DNA of 64,000 bases from assembly GCA_022072085.1 (NCBI GenBank), contig JAJVII010000043.1, positions 446-64,445 on the forward strand, written 5' to 3'. Below are positions 43,290 to 52,431 of this stretch, piece after piece. The notes under the pieces are model-generated. The model worked only from the letters and a program-made list of their open reading frames with translations, made no database searches and was not told where the DNA came from. Source of the DNA: Phycisphaerae bacterium. Its GTDB lineage: Bacteria > Planctomycetota > Phycisphaerae > JAJVII01. The position numbers were made by a program, and so were the translations under genes. Positions within the stretch are counted from its first letter, which is position 1. Each line of letters starts with the position of its first letter.

Positions 43290-46099
43290 TCGGCAGCCGA
43301 CCAGACCGGCCCGCCGTCGTTGGCCTGCTGGCGCTGGCGGCCGCTGCGCTCTGCCTGCCGGCCGGCGCCCGCGGCCAGGACCGCAACCCGGTCTCGCTGA
43401 CGGCCAACGGCGGCCAGCAGTGCGCGACCTGCCACCTGCGATGGACCGACAGTTTCACGACCAACTATCAGGCCGGCCAGTTGCCGCTGCTGATCGATCG
43501 GCCGGACAACAACGTCGTCGCCGAGGAAGACTCCTGCCTGGGCTGCCATGACGGCGGCGTCGCCGACAGCCGCGACCGCGTCTGGCGCAAGCACGGCCAC
43601 CGCACCGGCATCGCCGTACCCAAGGACATGGCCGTCCCCGAGCAACTGCCACTGGACGGCGGCAAGGTCGCCTGCCGCACCTGCCACTCGGCCCACGGCG
43701 GCGGCGCCGGCGCGGGCGGCATCTCCGACATCGTCTTCCTGCGCATGGACAACAGCCGGGACCAGCTCTGCAAGAGCTGCCACACCGACGCCGCCGGCGG
43801 CAAGGTCGCCCACTCGGCCCACCCGATGGGCCCGATGCCCGCGCCGATCCCCGCGATGCTCGCCGACGCCGGCGGACGCGCCGGCAAGGACGGCCGCACC
43901 CTTTCCTGCCAGACCTGCCACGCCCCCCACGGCGGCGGCGACGACAACCTGCTCATCATCGACGCCAGCCGAAGCACCCTGTGCGTCGCCTGCCACACGC
44001 AGATGGCAGTCGAGCGCTGGCGGCCGGGCATCAGCGGCGATCACCCCCAGAACCCGCCGCTCCAGAACCGCGCCCAACGCGACGCGATCAAGGCCATGGG
44101 CGGACGCGTCGGACCCGACGACACCCTCGTCTGCCTGAGCTGCCACCGCATGCACAACGGCGCCGCCGGCAGCAAGATGCTCGCCGACACGCTGGCCGAC
44201 GGACGCTTCTGCCTCGACTGCCACCCCGACCGCAAGACGATACTGGCCTCGATGCACGACCTGCGCAAGAGCGCCCCCGAGTCCCGCAACGACGCTGGCC
44301 GAACGCCCGACCAGAGCGGGCCCTGCGGCGCGTGCCACAGCTTCCACACCTACTCCCGCAAGCCGGTTCCCGCACCGGTCGATCCGACCGGGCTGTGCAC
44401 CACCTGCCACCGACCGGGCGGCGCGGCCGCGAAGTTCAACCCGACCTTCGGCCATCCGACGGACCTGGGCGGGGCCAACCTGCCGGCGCAGGCCAGGCTG
44501 CCGCTCTATCCCGACGCCGCCCACGCCGGGGCCAGGTCCATCGCCTGCCTGAGCTGCCACAACCCGCACGACCCGGGCAACGCGAACTTCCTCCGCGACA
44601 AGCCCGACGAACTCTGCGGCCGATGCCACCCTGGGCCGGCCGAGTCGCTCGCGGGCGCCCACGACCTGACCGCCATGCCCAAGGCCGCCAACGGCCGCGG
44701 CATGACGGTTGAGCAGAGCGGGCGCTGCGGCTTCTGCCACGCCATCCACAACAGCGAAGGCCCGCTGCTGTGGGCCGCAACGCCCGGCCAGCCGGCTTCG
44801 CCCGACGCCGCATGCACCGGCTGCCACAGCGGCGAAGGTGTCGCCCGGGCCAAGCCCGCCAGCGCCCTGTCGCACCCGACCGGCCCGGGGACCGCGGGGT
44901 TCGCGCAGGTGCTGCCGATCAGCGTGCCGCTGTTCGACGCCGCCGGCCATCGCGCCAAGGACGGCGCCGTCGCCTGCGGAACCTGCCACGACGTCCACGG
45001 CGACAGCCGCGCCCGCGCGTCGCTGCTCCGCCTGGACAAGGGCCTGCCGACTTCCGCGCTCTGCGTCCAGTGCCACGCCGAGCAAGGCTTCATGGCCCGA
45101 GGCCAGCACGACGCCCGCGGCGGCGCCGACGCGTGGAAGGCAATCGTCAAGACCAACCCCAAGGCTGGTGAGGACCTCTGCGCCGCCTGCCACGTCGCCC
45201 ACAGCGACGACAAGGCCCGCGGCCTGTGGACCGTCGCCGGCAAGGGCGGCGGCGCCCCGGCTGACGCCGCCTGTCTGAGCTGCCATCCCAAGCAGGCCTG
45301 GGCCCAGCCGGCCGGCGAGCTGGCTGCCGGGACGATGATTCATCCGCAGATCGTCCAGGCGACCGCGGCGCTCAAGGCCGTCGCCCTGCCGATGGGGCCC
45401 GATCCGGGCGACGGCAAGCTGGACATCGAGTGCGCGACCTGCCACAACCCGCACGCGACGCGCGGGACGGCCGACATGCTCCGCACCGCCGGCAGCCTCG
45501 AGGCAGCGACGCTCTGCACCCGCTGCCACGCCGATGCCCGCGCGGTGCAGTCCGGCCCGCACGGGGCGGCGTCGCTGGCTGCGGCGAACAAGGTCAAGGC
45601 GGCCCAGCCCGCCGCCGGCCAGGCGGCCGCGGTCTGCGGGCCCTGCCACGACGTCCACGCAACCGACCACAGCAGCCGCTCGAAGCTCTGGGCCCTGGGA
45701 GAGCCGACCAAGGCCGACGGCACGCCGGACGGCTCGCCCGACGCCCGCTGCCTCCAGTGCCACGGGCCGGGCGGCTCGGCCCGCCAGCCGGCGATGGTCA
45801 AGCACCCCAAGGTTTACCTGCCGGTGGGCGGCGCCCAGGGCGGGATCACCTGCGCGACCTGCCACATCCCGCACGGAAGGACCGACCTGCCCGTGGCCGC
45901 GCTGGGCGACGACGCCGAAGCCCGCACGCGGCGCGAATCGACCCGGCCGATGGTTCGCCCCGACGCCGTGCAGGACAGCTGCGCCATCTGCCACGGGCCC
46001 GACGCCCTGCGGCGGTTCCTCTACTTCCACCAGCCCGAGAAGCGGCTGCGGATGCACTTCTGGGCATCGCCGCCGCCCAAAGGTCCGTCGCAGAAATAG
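43286..46099 (+). CDS. Giant multiheme c-type cytochrome (~24 CXXCH), secreted
   Basis: GTG start (GTGA overlap, GGAGGG 7 nt upstream). Signal peptide (…LCLPAGARGQD), then 24 CXXCH motifs spread over 937 aa. ORF-track 42944 is an extension. The 1005-aa ORF 43040..46057(-) is antisense. Confidence 0.8.
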   Translation: MIGSRPDRPAVVGLLALAAAALCLPAGARGQDRNPVSLTANGGQQCATCHLRWTDSFTTNYQAGQLPLLIDRPDNNVVAEEDSCLGCHDGGVADSRDRVWRKHGHRTGIAVPKDMAVPEQLPLDGGKVACRTCHSAHGGGAGAGGISDIVFLRMDNSRDQLCKSCHTDAAGGKVAHSAHPMGPMPAPIPAMLADAGGRAGKDGRTLSCQTCHAPHGGGDDNLLIIDASRSTLCVACHTQMAVERWRPGISGDHPQNPPLQNRAQRDAIKAMGGRVGPDDTLVCLSCHRMHNGAAGSKMLADTLADGRFCLDCHPDRKTILASMHDLRKSAPESRNDAGRTPDQSGPCGACHSFHTYSRKPVPAPVDPTGLCTTCHRPGGAAAKFNPTFGHPTDLGGANLPAQARLPLYPDAAHAGARSIACLSCHNPHDPGNANFLRDKPDELCGRCHPGPAESLAGAHDLTAMPKAANGRGMTVEQSGRCGFCHAIHNSEGPLLWAATPGQPASPDAACTGCHSGEGVARAKPASALSHPTGPGTAGFAQVLPISVPLFDAAGHRAKDGAVACGTCHDVHGDSRARASLLRLDKGLPTSALCVQCHAEQGFMARGQHDARGGADAWKAIVKTNPKAGEDLCAACHVAHSDDKARGLWTVAGKGGGAPADAACLSCHPKQAWAQPAGELAAGTMIHPQIVQATAALKAVALPMGPDPGDGKLDIECATCHNPHATRGTADMLRTAGSLEAATLCTRCHADARAVQSGPHGAASLAAANKVKAAQPAAGQAAAVCGPCHDVHATDHSSRSKLWALGEPTKADGTPDGSPDARCLQCHGPGGSARQPAMVKHPKVYLPVGGAQGGITCATCHIPHGRTDLPVAALGDDAEARTRRESTRPMVRPDAVQDSCAICHGPDALRRFLYFHQPEKRLRMHFWASPPPKGPSQK

Positions 46100-46149
46100 A
46101 GTCGCCCCGCGGATTCCGCCCGGCGACCCGCGCCGCTTGCGACCTCTGC

Positions 46150-46380
46150 GTCTCAGGACTTCTCATAATTGGCCGCTGAGGCGCTGAGTCGCAGAGGGAC
46201 AAAGGTTGATGGAAGGCGTTGCGTTCGAGTCTTTCGATCGCTTCCGATGCCTGTCTTCAACCAAGTCCTTTCCCTCAGCGACTCAGCGCCTCAGCGGCGA
46301 ACTGAATTATGAGAAATGCTTCGTATCCTAACTCCTAACTCCTGACTTCTGACTTCTGACTCCTGACCCCTGACTTCGCA
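46150..46380. repeat. Composite word-repeat element: ~40-bp imperfect inverted repeat (…CTCATAATTGGCCGCTGAGGCGCTGAGTCGCAGAGGG / CCCTCAGCGACTCAGCGCCTCAGCGGCGAACTGAATTATGAG…) followed by tandem CTGACTTCTGAC/CTAACTCCTAAC 8-mers
   Basis: Arms at ~46158-46197 and ~46271-46315 are near reverse complements. A tandem pyrimidine-rich 8-mer array lies at 46327-46377. Confidence 0.5.
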
Positions 46381-46562
46381 TCCCAAGCCCGCAAATCGCC
46401 CCGGCGCAGCCCTGTTAGAAAGACAGCCGCGCGAAATATGGGACCTGTCCGGCGATTTGCCTTTCCTTTTTCCGCATCTGAGTTACTTTTTAGTCAGGAG
46501 GCGCCGTTCCCAGGCCGATACCTCTCGGGTCGTGTCAACCAACATGATCCTGGAGGGGCGTC

Positions 46563-47063
46563 ATGCGTATGATGTTGGCCGGAACGGTTTTCTTTTGCGC
46601 CGCGCTCGCGCTGCCCGGCTGCCAGTGGGCCATTACGCCCGATCCCGAAGCCGACAGTTGGGCTCCCCTGCATCACGAGTATCCCCCGTCGCTGGTGGAG
46701 ATAGGCCCTGACGGGTCGGCCTGCACCCGCGACCAGGGCGACGAATGCCCCCTGGTCAACGGGCGGACCTACATCATCGTCTACTGCTACGGCCGCGACC
46801 GCGACCGGGCCTACGAACTGAAAGACCTGCTGGCGGTCCTCGGCGTGGACGTGGTCGTCGGCCACCAGTTCAGCCACGGGATGTTCTTCGTGCGATCGCG
46901 CAAGGGCTACGACTGGGACGACCCGGCCAGCCGAAGTGAAGCCATCGAGCTGATGTCGGAAGCGACGACGGCCATGGAGCAGATTCGCCGCGATCGCCCG
47001 GGGGCGCTCGAAACGCGGATCAACAACGAACCGCCCTACGCCCTGCCGGCGATGAGACCCTGA
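46563..47063 (+). CDS. Lipoprotein, unknown function
   Basis: Signal peptide with lipobox LPGC, 166 aa. No recognisable domain. Confidence 0.5.
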   Translation: MRMMLAGTVFFCAALALPGCQWAITPDPEADSWAPLHHEYPPSLVEIGPDGSACTRDQGDECPLVNGRTYIIVYCYGRDRDRAYELKDLLAVLGVDVVVGHQFSHGMFFVRSRKGYDWDDPASRSEAIELMSEATTAMEQIRRDRPGALETRINNEPPYALPAMRP

Positions 47064-47202
47064 GCGGCGGAAAAGGCCTCAACACCAAGAACCACGAAGC
47101 AACGGGGAGGCTCACGAAGCTGTTCCCTCTTTCGGAAGAGGTAAATTCGCTTCGCGGCCCTTCGTGTTGTTTCTTTCCGTCTTGCGACGGGCATGACCCG
47201 CG

Positions 47203-48090
47203 CTATTCGCGGGACGCCCCCAGGCGCACCGTCGCCGGGCGGCCGGCTACGAAGGCGTTGTCCTTGTTGTCCATCTCCAGGATCACGCCGAAGGTGTTGG
47301 ACGCACGATCGACCTGCGGATCGACGCGGAGCACGCGGGCCTCGCGGACTTGGCTGCCCATCGTCACCGTGGCCTTCAGGCCCGGGACGATCTGGCCGTA
47401 GTAGTCGCCCAGCACGTTCAACTCGACCCAGAGGCTGTCCAGGTTGACCAGCTCGCAGACGGGGGCCTGCTCCTGCACGGCCTCGCCGGCCTCCTTGTAG
47501 GTCCGGGAGATCACGCCGTCCCACGGCGCCAGCAGGCGGCGGCGTTTCAGGGCGACCTCGGCCTGGCGGGCTTCCTGGATTTCCAGATCCTGCTGAAACT
47601 TCGCGTAGTCCATGCGGACCTTGGCCAGCTCGACCTCCAGCTCGGCCTGGCGAAGCTCCCACGCCGTCGCGGCGTTCTTCTTCTGCAACTCCTTCACCCG
47701 TTCCAGGTCGTGGGCCTTCTGATCCATCGTCAGGCGGGCGGCGGCGACCTGGTGCGTGCTGGAGGCCTTGAGCTTGGCGATCGCCAGCGCCGCCTCCTCC
47801 AGTTCGCTGTCCAGCCGGGCGAGCAGGTCGCCCTGGCGGACACGCTGGCCGACCTCGGCGGTCCGCTCGGCGATCACGCCCGCGATGCTGAGCGCCAGCG
47901 TCACCTGCTTGCTCGGCCGCAGTTGGCCCTGGAGGTCGATGTCGGTCACGCGCCGGGCCTCGGTCCGCCCGTTGCCGGCCGGGTCGGCGGCCCGCCCCTG
48001 TCGCTCGATGCCGACCACCACCGCCGACGCCAGGCAGATCACCAGGAACGCCCAGACCGTCGGCCGCGAATTCAGCTTCAACCTGCTCAT
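47203..48090 (-). CDS. HlyD/membrane-fusion-protein family periplasmic adaptor (third adaptor of the operon)
   Basis: N-terminal TM anchor (VWAFLVICLASAVVV), a coiled-coil hairpin (…ARLDSELEEAALAIAKLKA…ELEVELAKVRMDYAKFQQ…) and a beta-barrel/lipoyl-like C-terminus. Start 48090 (MSRLKLNS) sits downstream of the ORF-track start. Confidence 0.65.
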   Translation of the reverse strand: MSRLKLNSRPTVWAFLVICLASAVVVGIERQGRAADPAGNGRTEARRVTDIDLQGQLRPSKQVTLALSIAGVIAERTAEVGQRVRQGDLLARLDSELEEAALAIAKLKASSTHQVAAARLTMDQKAHDLERVKELQKKNAATAWELRQAELEVELAKVRMDYAKFQQDLEIQEARQAEVALKRRRLLAPWDGVISRTYKEAGEAVQEQAPVCELVNLDSLWVELNVLGDYYGQIVPGLKATVTMGSQVREARVLRVDPQVDRASNTFGVILEMDNKDNAFVAGRPATVRLGASRE

Positions 48091-48196
48091 CTCGGTCTCC
48101 TCGTGCGGGAGCGCTGTCGGGCGCTCCGGGGGGTTACTTGATAGTGTAGCGCTCATCTCTGCCGCGCTCCCATCGCGGCGGATGTCGCGCGCCCGG

Positions 48197-50185
48197 TCAC
48201 GTCTCGCGGCCGGCGAATCCAAGGTACTCGTCCAGCCAGTCGTCGGTCCGCAGCACGTCCTTGCGCTGCCGCAGCGCGACCCGCCCGCTGCGCCGCTGGG
48301 CGGCGTCGATGACCCGCCTGGCCGACGCCGAGTCGATCTCGCCGTCGGCGGCGGCGTAGCGGCGGCGGAGCAACCCGCCCAGCCGCGGGGCGTAACGGGC
48401 CAGCAGTTCGTCGGTCAGGCTGACCATCGCAACGGCGCTGCCGGGATCGCCCTGCCGGCCGGATCGGCCGAAAAGCTGGCGATCGACGCGGGCCGAGTCG
48501 TTCCGCTCGGCGGCGATGACGTGCAGGCCGCCGGCTTCGGCGACGTCGCGTCCGAGTTTGATGTCGGTGCCGCGGCCGGCCATGTTGGTCGCGACGGTGA
48601 CGCGTCCGGCGGCGCCCGCGCCGGCGACCACCTGGGCCTCCTCGCGGTGGCGGACGGCGTTGAGGACCGCGTGCTCCAGCCCGACGGCCGTCAGCAGGGC
48701 GCTTAGATTCTCGCTGGCTCGCACGTTGCGGGTGCCGACCAGGACCGGGCGGCCGGCCTGGTGCATGCGGGCGACCTCCTCGACGACGGCGCGGCTGCGG
48801 GCCTCGTCGGTCGCGAAGACGCGGTCGGGCAGATGCACGCGGCGGATCGGCCGATGCGTCGGGATCACGACGGTAGGCAGGTGGTAGATCTGCCAGAACT
48901 CGCGCCACGCCTCGGCGGCTGTGCCGGTCATGCCCGAGAGCTTGCGATACATGCGGAAGAACCGCTGGAAGCTGATCCGCGCGAACGTGTCCTTGGGCGG
49001 GTTAACGGTCAGCCGCTCCTTGGCCTCGATCGCCTGGTGCAGCCCCTCGCGCCAGGTGCGGTCGGGCATGAGTCGGCCGGTGAAGTCGTCGACGATGACG
49101 ACCTTGCCCTCGTCGATGACGTATTGCTTTTCGAGCAGGTAGAAGTGGCGGGCGACCAGGGCCTGGTTGACCATCTCCTCGCGCCGCCGGGCGCCGGCCC
49201 AGACGCCGCCCAGGCCGGCTGCAAGTCCCTCGGCCCGCCGGCGACCTTCAGCGGTCAGGTCCACCTCGCGGTAGCGCTGGTTGAGACGGTAGTCGCGGCC
49301 CTCGACCAGCGCCGGGGCCAGGGCGGCCGCCTGCACGTAGGCCTCCACCTGCTCGGCGTTGGGGGCGTCGCCGGAGATGATCAGCGGCGTGACGGCCTCG
49401 TCGATGAGCACAGAGTCGGCTTCGTCTATGATCGCGTAGTGCAGCCCGCGCCCGACCAGTCGGTCGGTCCCCGCGCCGCTGCCGTCGACCAGGCGGGCCA
49501 GCAGCGCCGACGACAGGTTGCTCAGCCGGCCCAGCGCGAGCCGGTCGCGGAGGTAATCGGCGGTGATCTCCTTGTTGGTGCAATAGGTGATGTCGCAGCG
49601 GTAGGCGTGGCGTCGGTCAGGGGCGGCCATCGGGCCCTGGACGGCCGACACCGTCAGCCCGCAGAAGCGGTAGACCGGCGCCATCCAGGCGGCGTCGCGG
49701 TCGGCCAGGTAGTCGTTGACGGTGACGACGTGGCAGCCGCGGCCGCGCCAGCCGGCAATCGTCGCGGGCATCGTCGCCGAGAGCGTCTTGCCCTCGCCGG
49801 TGGCCATCTCCGCGACGCAGCCGGCCTCCAGCGCCAGGGCGCAGGCGACCTGCTCCAGGAACGGCCGCATCCCCATCTGCCGCGACGCGACCTCACGGAC
49901 CATGGCGAACGCCCGCAGCCGGTCGTCCGGCCGCTCGCGCCCGCGGGCGAACAACTCGCGCATCTGCCCGGCCTGCTCGCGGAGGCGGGCCTCGGTCAAC
50001 TCGGCGAATTCCTTCTCCATCGCCAGCACGCGGGCGGCTTCGCCCAGGAACCGGGCCCGTCGCGGGGCCAGCCGGGCCAGCGCCCCGCCGGCGGCGTCCC
50101 AGGCGGCGTCCAGTCCGCGCGGCAGCGGCTTGCGGGCTGTCCGCTGGGCGAGCATCCGCCAGATTGTGCTGGGCACGGTGCTCAT
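48197..50185 (-). CDS. SecA-like motor ATPase paralogue (DEAD motor NBD1/PPXD/NBD2, truncated C-terminus), non-canonical context
   Basis: Contains the SecA hallmarks …MATGEGKTLSATMPA…VVTVNDYLADRDAAWMAPVYRFCGLTV…, …IDEADSVLIDEA… and …TNMAGRGTDIKLG…, but is only ~660 aa against >850 for housekeeping SecA, and lacks the C-terminal Zn-finger region. Start 50185 is 2 nt after the upstream gene's stop; the ORF-track alternative is 50236. Confidence 0.7.
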   Translation of the reverse strand: MSTVPSTIWRMLAQRTARKPLPRGLDAAWDAAGGALARLAPRRARFLGEAARVLAMEKEFAELTEARLREQAGQMRELFARGRERPDDRLRAFAMVREVASRQMGMRPFLEQVACALALEAGCVAEMATGEGKTLSATMPATIAGWRGRGCHVVTVNDYLADRDAAWMAPVYRFCGLTVSAVQGPMAAPDRRHAYRCDITYCTNKEITADYLRDRLALGRLSNLSSALLARLVDGSGAGTDRLVGRGLHYAIIDEADSVLIDEAVTPLIISGDAPNAEQVEAYVQAAALAPALVEGRDYRLNQRYREVDLTAEGRRRAEGLAAGLGGVWAGARRREEMVNQALVARHFYLLEKQYVIDEGKVVIVDDFTGRLMPDRTWREGLHQAIEAKERLTVNPPKDTFARISFQRFFRMYRKLSGMTGTAAEAWREFWQIYHLPTVVIPTHRPIRRVHLPDRVFATDEARSRAVVEEVARMHQAGRPVLVGTRNVRASENLSALLTAVGLEHAVLNAVRHREEAQVVAGAGAAGRVTVATNMAGRGTDIKLGRDVAEAGGLHVIAAERNDSARVDRQLFGRSGRQGDPGSAVAMVSLTDELLARYAPRLGGLLRRRYAAADGEIDSASARRVIDAAQRRSGRVALRQRKDVLRTDDWLDEYLGFAGRET

Positions 50186-50187
50186 GG

Positions 50188-52425
50188 CTACTGGGCGGCC
50201 TTCTCCTGGAACATCTGCCGCAGGGTCCGCCACCACTGCCGGGCCAGCGGCTTGGGCGGGTTCTGGAAACGGACCACGACCCGCTGGCCGCTGCGGAGCG
50301 CGACCGGTCGGCCGGTTTCGTCGCAGAGCCTGCGGATGGATTCATCGTCGGGGACGATGCGCAGCTCGAATCCGCGCTGAAGGGCCCGCGTGCCTTCCTT
50401 GTCGCCAGGGGCGGTCATGATCGACCCGCCGGCGGCGTAGCCCAGGGCTGCGGAGGGCAACTGCTCCTGGCCGGCCGGCAGCATGCGGTCCAGCCGCCCG
50501 GTCAGCTTCAGGTCGGGCCGGCCCTGGACGCGAATCTCGACGCGGGGGTCGGCGTCCTGAATGCGGGCGGCCTCGGAGGGGTCGGCCCAGGCGCGAATGA
50601 TGAAGCGGTCCGTGCCGGCCACCTTGCCCAGTTCCTGGCCGCGCAGCAGCCGGGCGCCTTGCAGGGCGTCGGCGTCGGGCGAAAGCCAGACGCCCGTCCG
50701 CGGGGCGTGGATCGTCAACCTGGCTTCGCGGTCGCGGGCCAACTTCTGCTGACCGTCGATCAGCGCCTCGCGCTGCCGCTGGACCTGCTGGCGGACGCTC
50801 TCCTGGCTCTCGCCGGTCTGCCGCTCCTGGAGCCAGGTCAGCCCGGCGTAGGCCTGGAGGTAGGCCAGATCGGCGTCGATGCCGGCCAGGTCGGCCTGCA
50901 CCTCGGGGCTCTCGGAGATCAGCAGCGGCGGCCCGTCGGGGCTCACCGCCGCGCCGTCGGGCAGCACCTTGTCAGCCGTGCCGTCCTCGGCGACGTAGAT
51001 GACCGACAGCTCCTCCGGCTCCCAGACGCCGTCGACGCGCGTGCGGTCGGGCATGCGGATGGCCCCGACGCCGACGTAGATCGCCGCGGCCGCCAGCAGC
51101 GCGGTGAAGACCGCCCGCCCCCGGGTCCGCGACAGCTCCTGGTGCGTAAGCAGGTAGTGGGCGAACTTGCCCAGCGGGACCAGCACCCACGCGACCGCCG
51201 CCGCCAGCGCCAGGGCGACGCCGAGCATGAGAAAGCGCGCGGCGATGAACAGCAGGATCGCAACACAGATGAAGACGCGGTAGATCGTCGAGGCGACGGC
51301 GTAGACGACCAGCCAGGCCTTCTCGCCGCGGCTGTGCGAGGGGTCGGGCGCCCGGCGGACCGACCAGACCCAGCGGCGGACGAGGTAGTAGAGATACTGT
51401 CGGCTGCGCTGCTGGAGGTTGGGCATCTCCAGCCAGTCGCTCAGAATGTAGTAGCCGTCGTAGCGGAGCAGCGGGTTGGCGTTGAACAGCAGCGTGCTGA
51501 CCGAGGCAATGAAGATGGCGTTGTAGGCGACGGTGTTGATCGTGCTGCCCGGGATGGTGCGGGCCCAGACGATGGCCGCGACGGCGGCGACGGCCATTTC
51601 GACGTACATGCCGGCGGCCGAGACGACGATCCGCCGCCACTTGCTGCGAAAAGCCCACGCGCTGCTGGCGTCGACGTAGGGCAGCGGGGTGAATACCAGG
51701 AACATGACGCCCATCGCGTGGACCTCGCCGCCGCCGCCGTCGCGCCCGAACCACTTGCAGGCGAACGCGTGGCCGAACTCGTGCAGCACCTTGAGCCCGA
51801 CGATCGTCGCGTAGAGCAGCGGAAGGTTGCCCAGGAGGTTCTGTCGGCTGAAGAACTGCATTGTCTGCGAGGTCAGTTCGCCGAAGCGCGGCAGGACGAA
51901 GTAGAGCCCCGCGCCCATCAGCGCCAGCCACAGCACGAAGCCCGTGCGCGTGAACAGGCGGCCGAACAGTCCGACCCAGCGCTTGAGGAAATGGTCGGGG
52001 TCCAGAAGCGGGATGCGGACGAACAGGAAGTTCATCAGGTAGCCACGCACCTCACGGGTGACGCGCTTGTGGTAGCGTTCGAACAGGCCCGCGGCGTCGG
52101 GGGGCAGCTCGGCGGCGATCAGGTTGTTGACGTAGAGCTGGCCCAGGAGCTGGATGGCCTCGTTCTGCGTGGGGGCCTCGTCGCCCAGCCGGTCGTTGCA
52201 CAGGTCCCAGACCTCGGCGACGGTCCGCCGTCCGTCCAGCAGGGCGACGAAACGATAGGCCGACTCGTTGAGGCGGAAGAACTGGTTGCTGCCCGGGTCC
52301 TGGAGCACCTGCCACATCCGCCCGCGGTAGTGCTGGCGGAACGACTGCACCGTGCCGCGCAGCCGCGGGCGGAGGTCCGCGACGCGATACCACGACTCGC
52401 TGAATGTCGGGCGATCGACGGGCAT
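50188..52425 (-). CDS. Three-part fusion: N-terminal PqqD-like (RiPP-recognition-element-like) domain + site-2-protease/M50-like polytopic metalloprotease (HEFGH) + C-terminal HlyD-like periplasmic adaptor domain
   Basis: The N-terminus …FFRLNESAYRFVALLDGRRTVAEVWDLCNDRLGDEAPTQNEAIQLLGQLYVNNLI… resembles the PqqD/RRE fold. About 6 TM helices carry HEFGHAFACKWFG (HExxH) and a downstream conserved Asp region. The C-terminal ~300 aa is coiled-coil/beta like membrane fusion proteins. 745 aa. Confidence 0.65.
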   Translation of the reverse strand: MPVDRPTFSESWYRVADLRPRLRGTVQSFRQHYRGRMWQVLQDPGSNQFFRLNESAYRFVALLDGRRTVAEVWDLCNDRLGDEAPTQNEAIQLLGQLYVNNLIAAELPPDAAGLFERYHKRVTREVRGYLMNFLFVRIPLLDPDHFLKRWVGLFGRLFTRTGFVLWLALMGAGLYFVLPRFGELTSQTMQFFSRQNLLGNLPLLYATIVGLKVLHEFGHAFACKWFGRDGGGGEVHAMGVMFLVFTPLPYVDASSAWAFRSKWRRIVVSAAGMYVEMAVAAVAAIVWARTIPGSTINTVAYNAIFIASVSTLLFNANPLLRYDGYYILSDWLEMPNLQQRSRQYLYYLVRRWVWSVRRAPDPSHSRGEKAWLVVYAVASTIYRVFICVAILLFIAARFLMLGVALALAAAVAWVLVPLGKFAHYLLTHQELSRTRGRAVFTALLAAAAIYVGVGAIRMPDRTRVDGVWEPEELSVIYVAEDGTADKVLPDGAAVSPDGPPLLISESPEVQADLAGIDADLAYLQAYAGLTWLQERQTGESQESVRQQVQRQREALIDGQQKLARDREARLTIHAPRTGVWLSPDADALQGARLLRGQELGKVAGTDRFIIRAWADPSEAARIQDADPRVEIRVQGRPDLKLTGRLDRMLPAGQEQLPSAALGYAAGGSIMTAPGDKEGTRALQRGFELRIVPDDESIRRLCDETGRPVALRSGQRVVVRFQNPPKPLARQWWRTLRQMFQEKAAQ

Positions 52426-52431
52426 CGCGGC

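Noticed and set aside
42944-46099. 1051-aa ORF starting at 42944, and the 1005-aa antisense ORF 43040..46057(-)
   Set aside because: The start is over-extended into the NHL gene (real GTG start is 43286). The minus-strand ORF is an antisense artefact.
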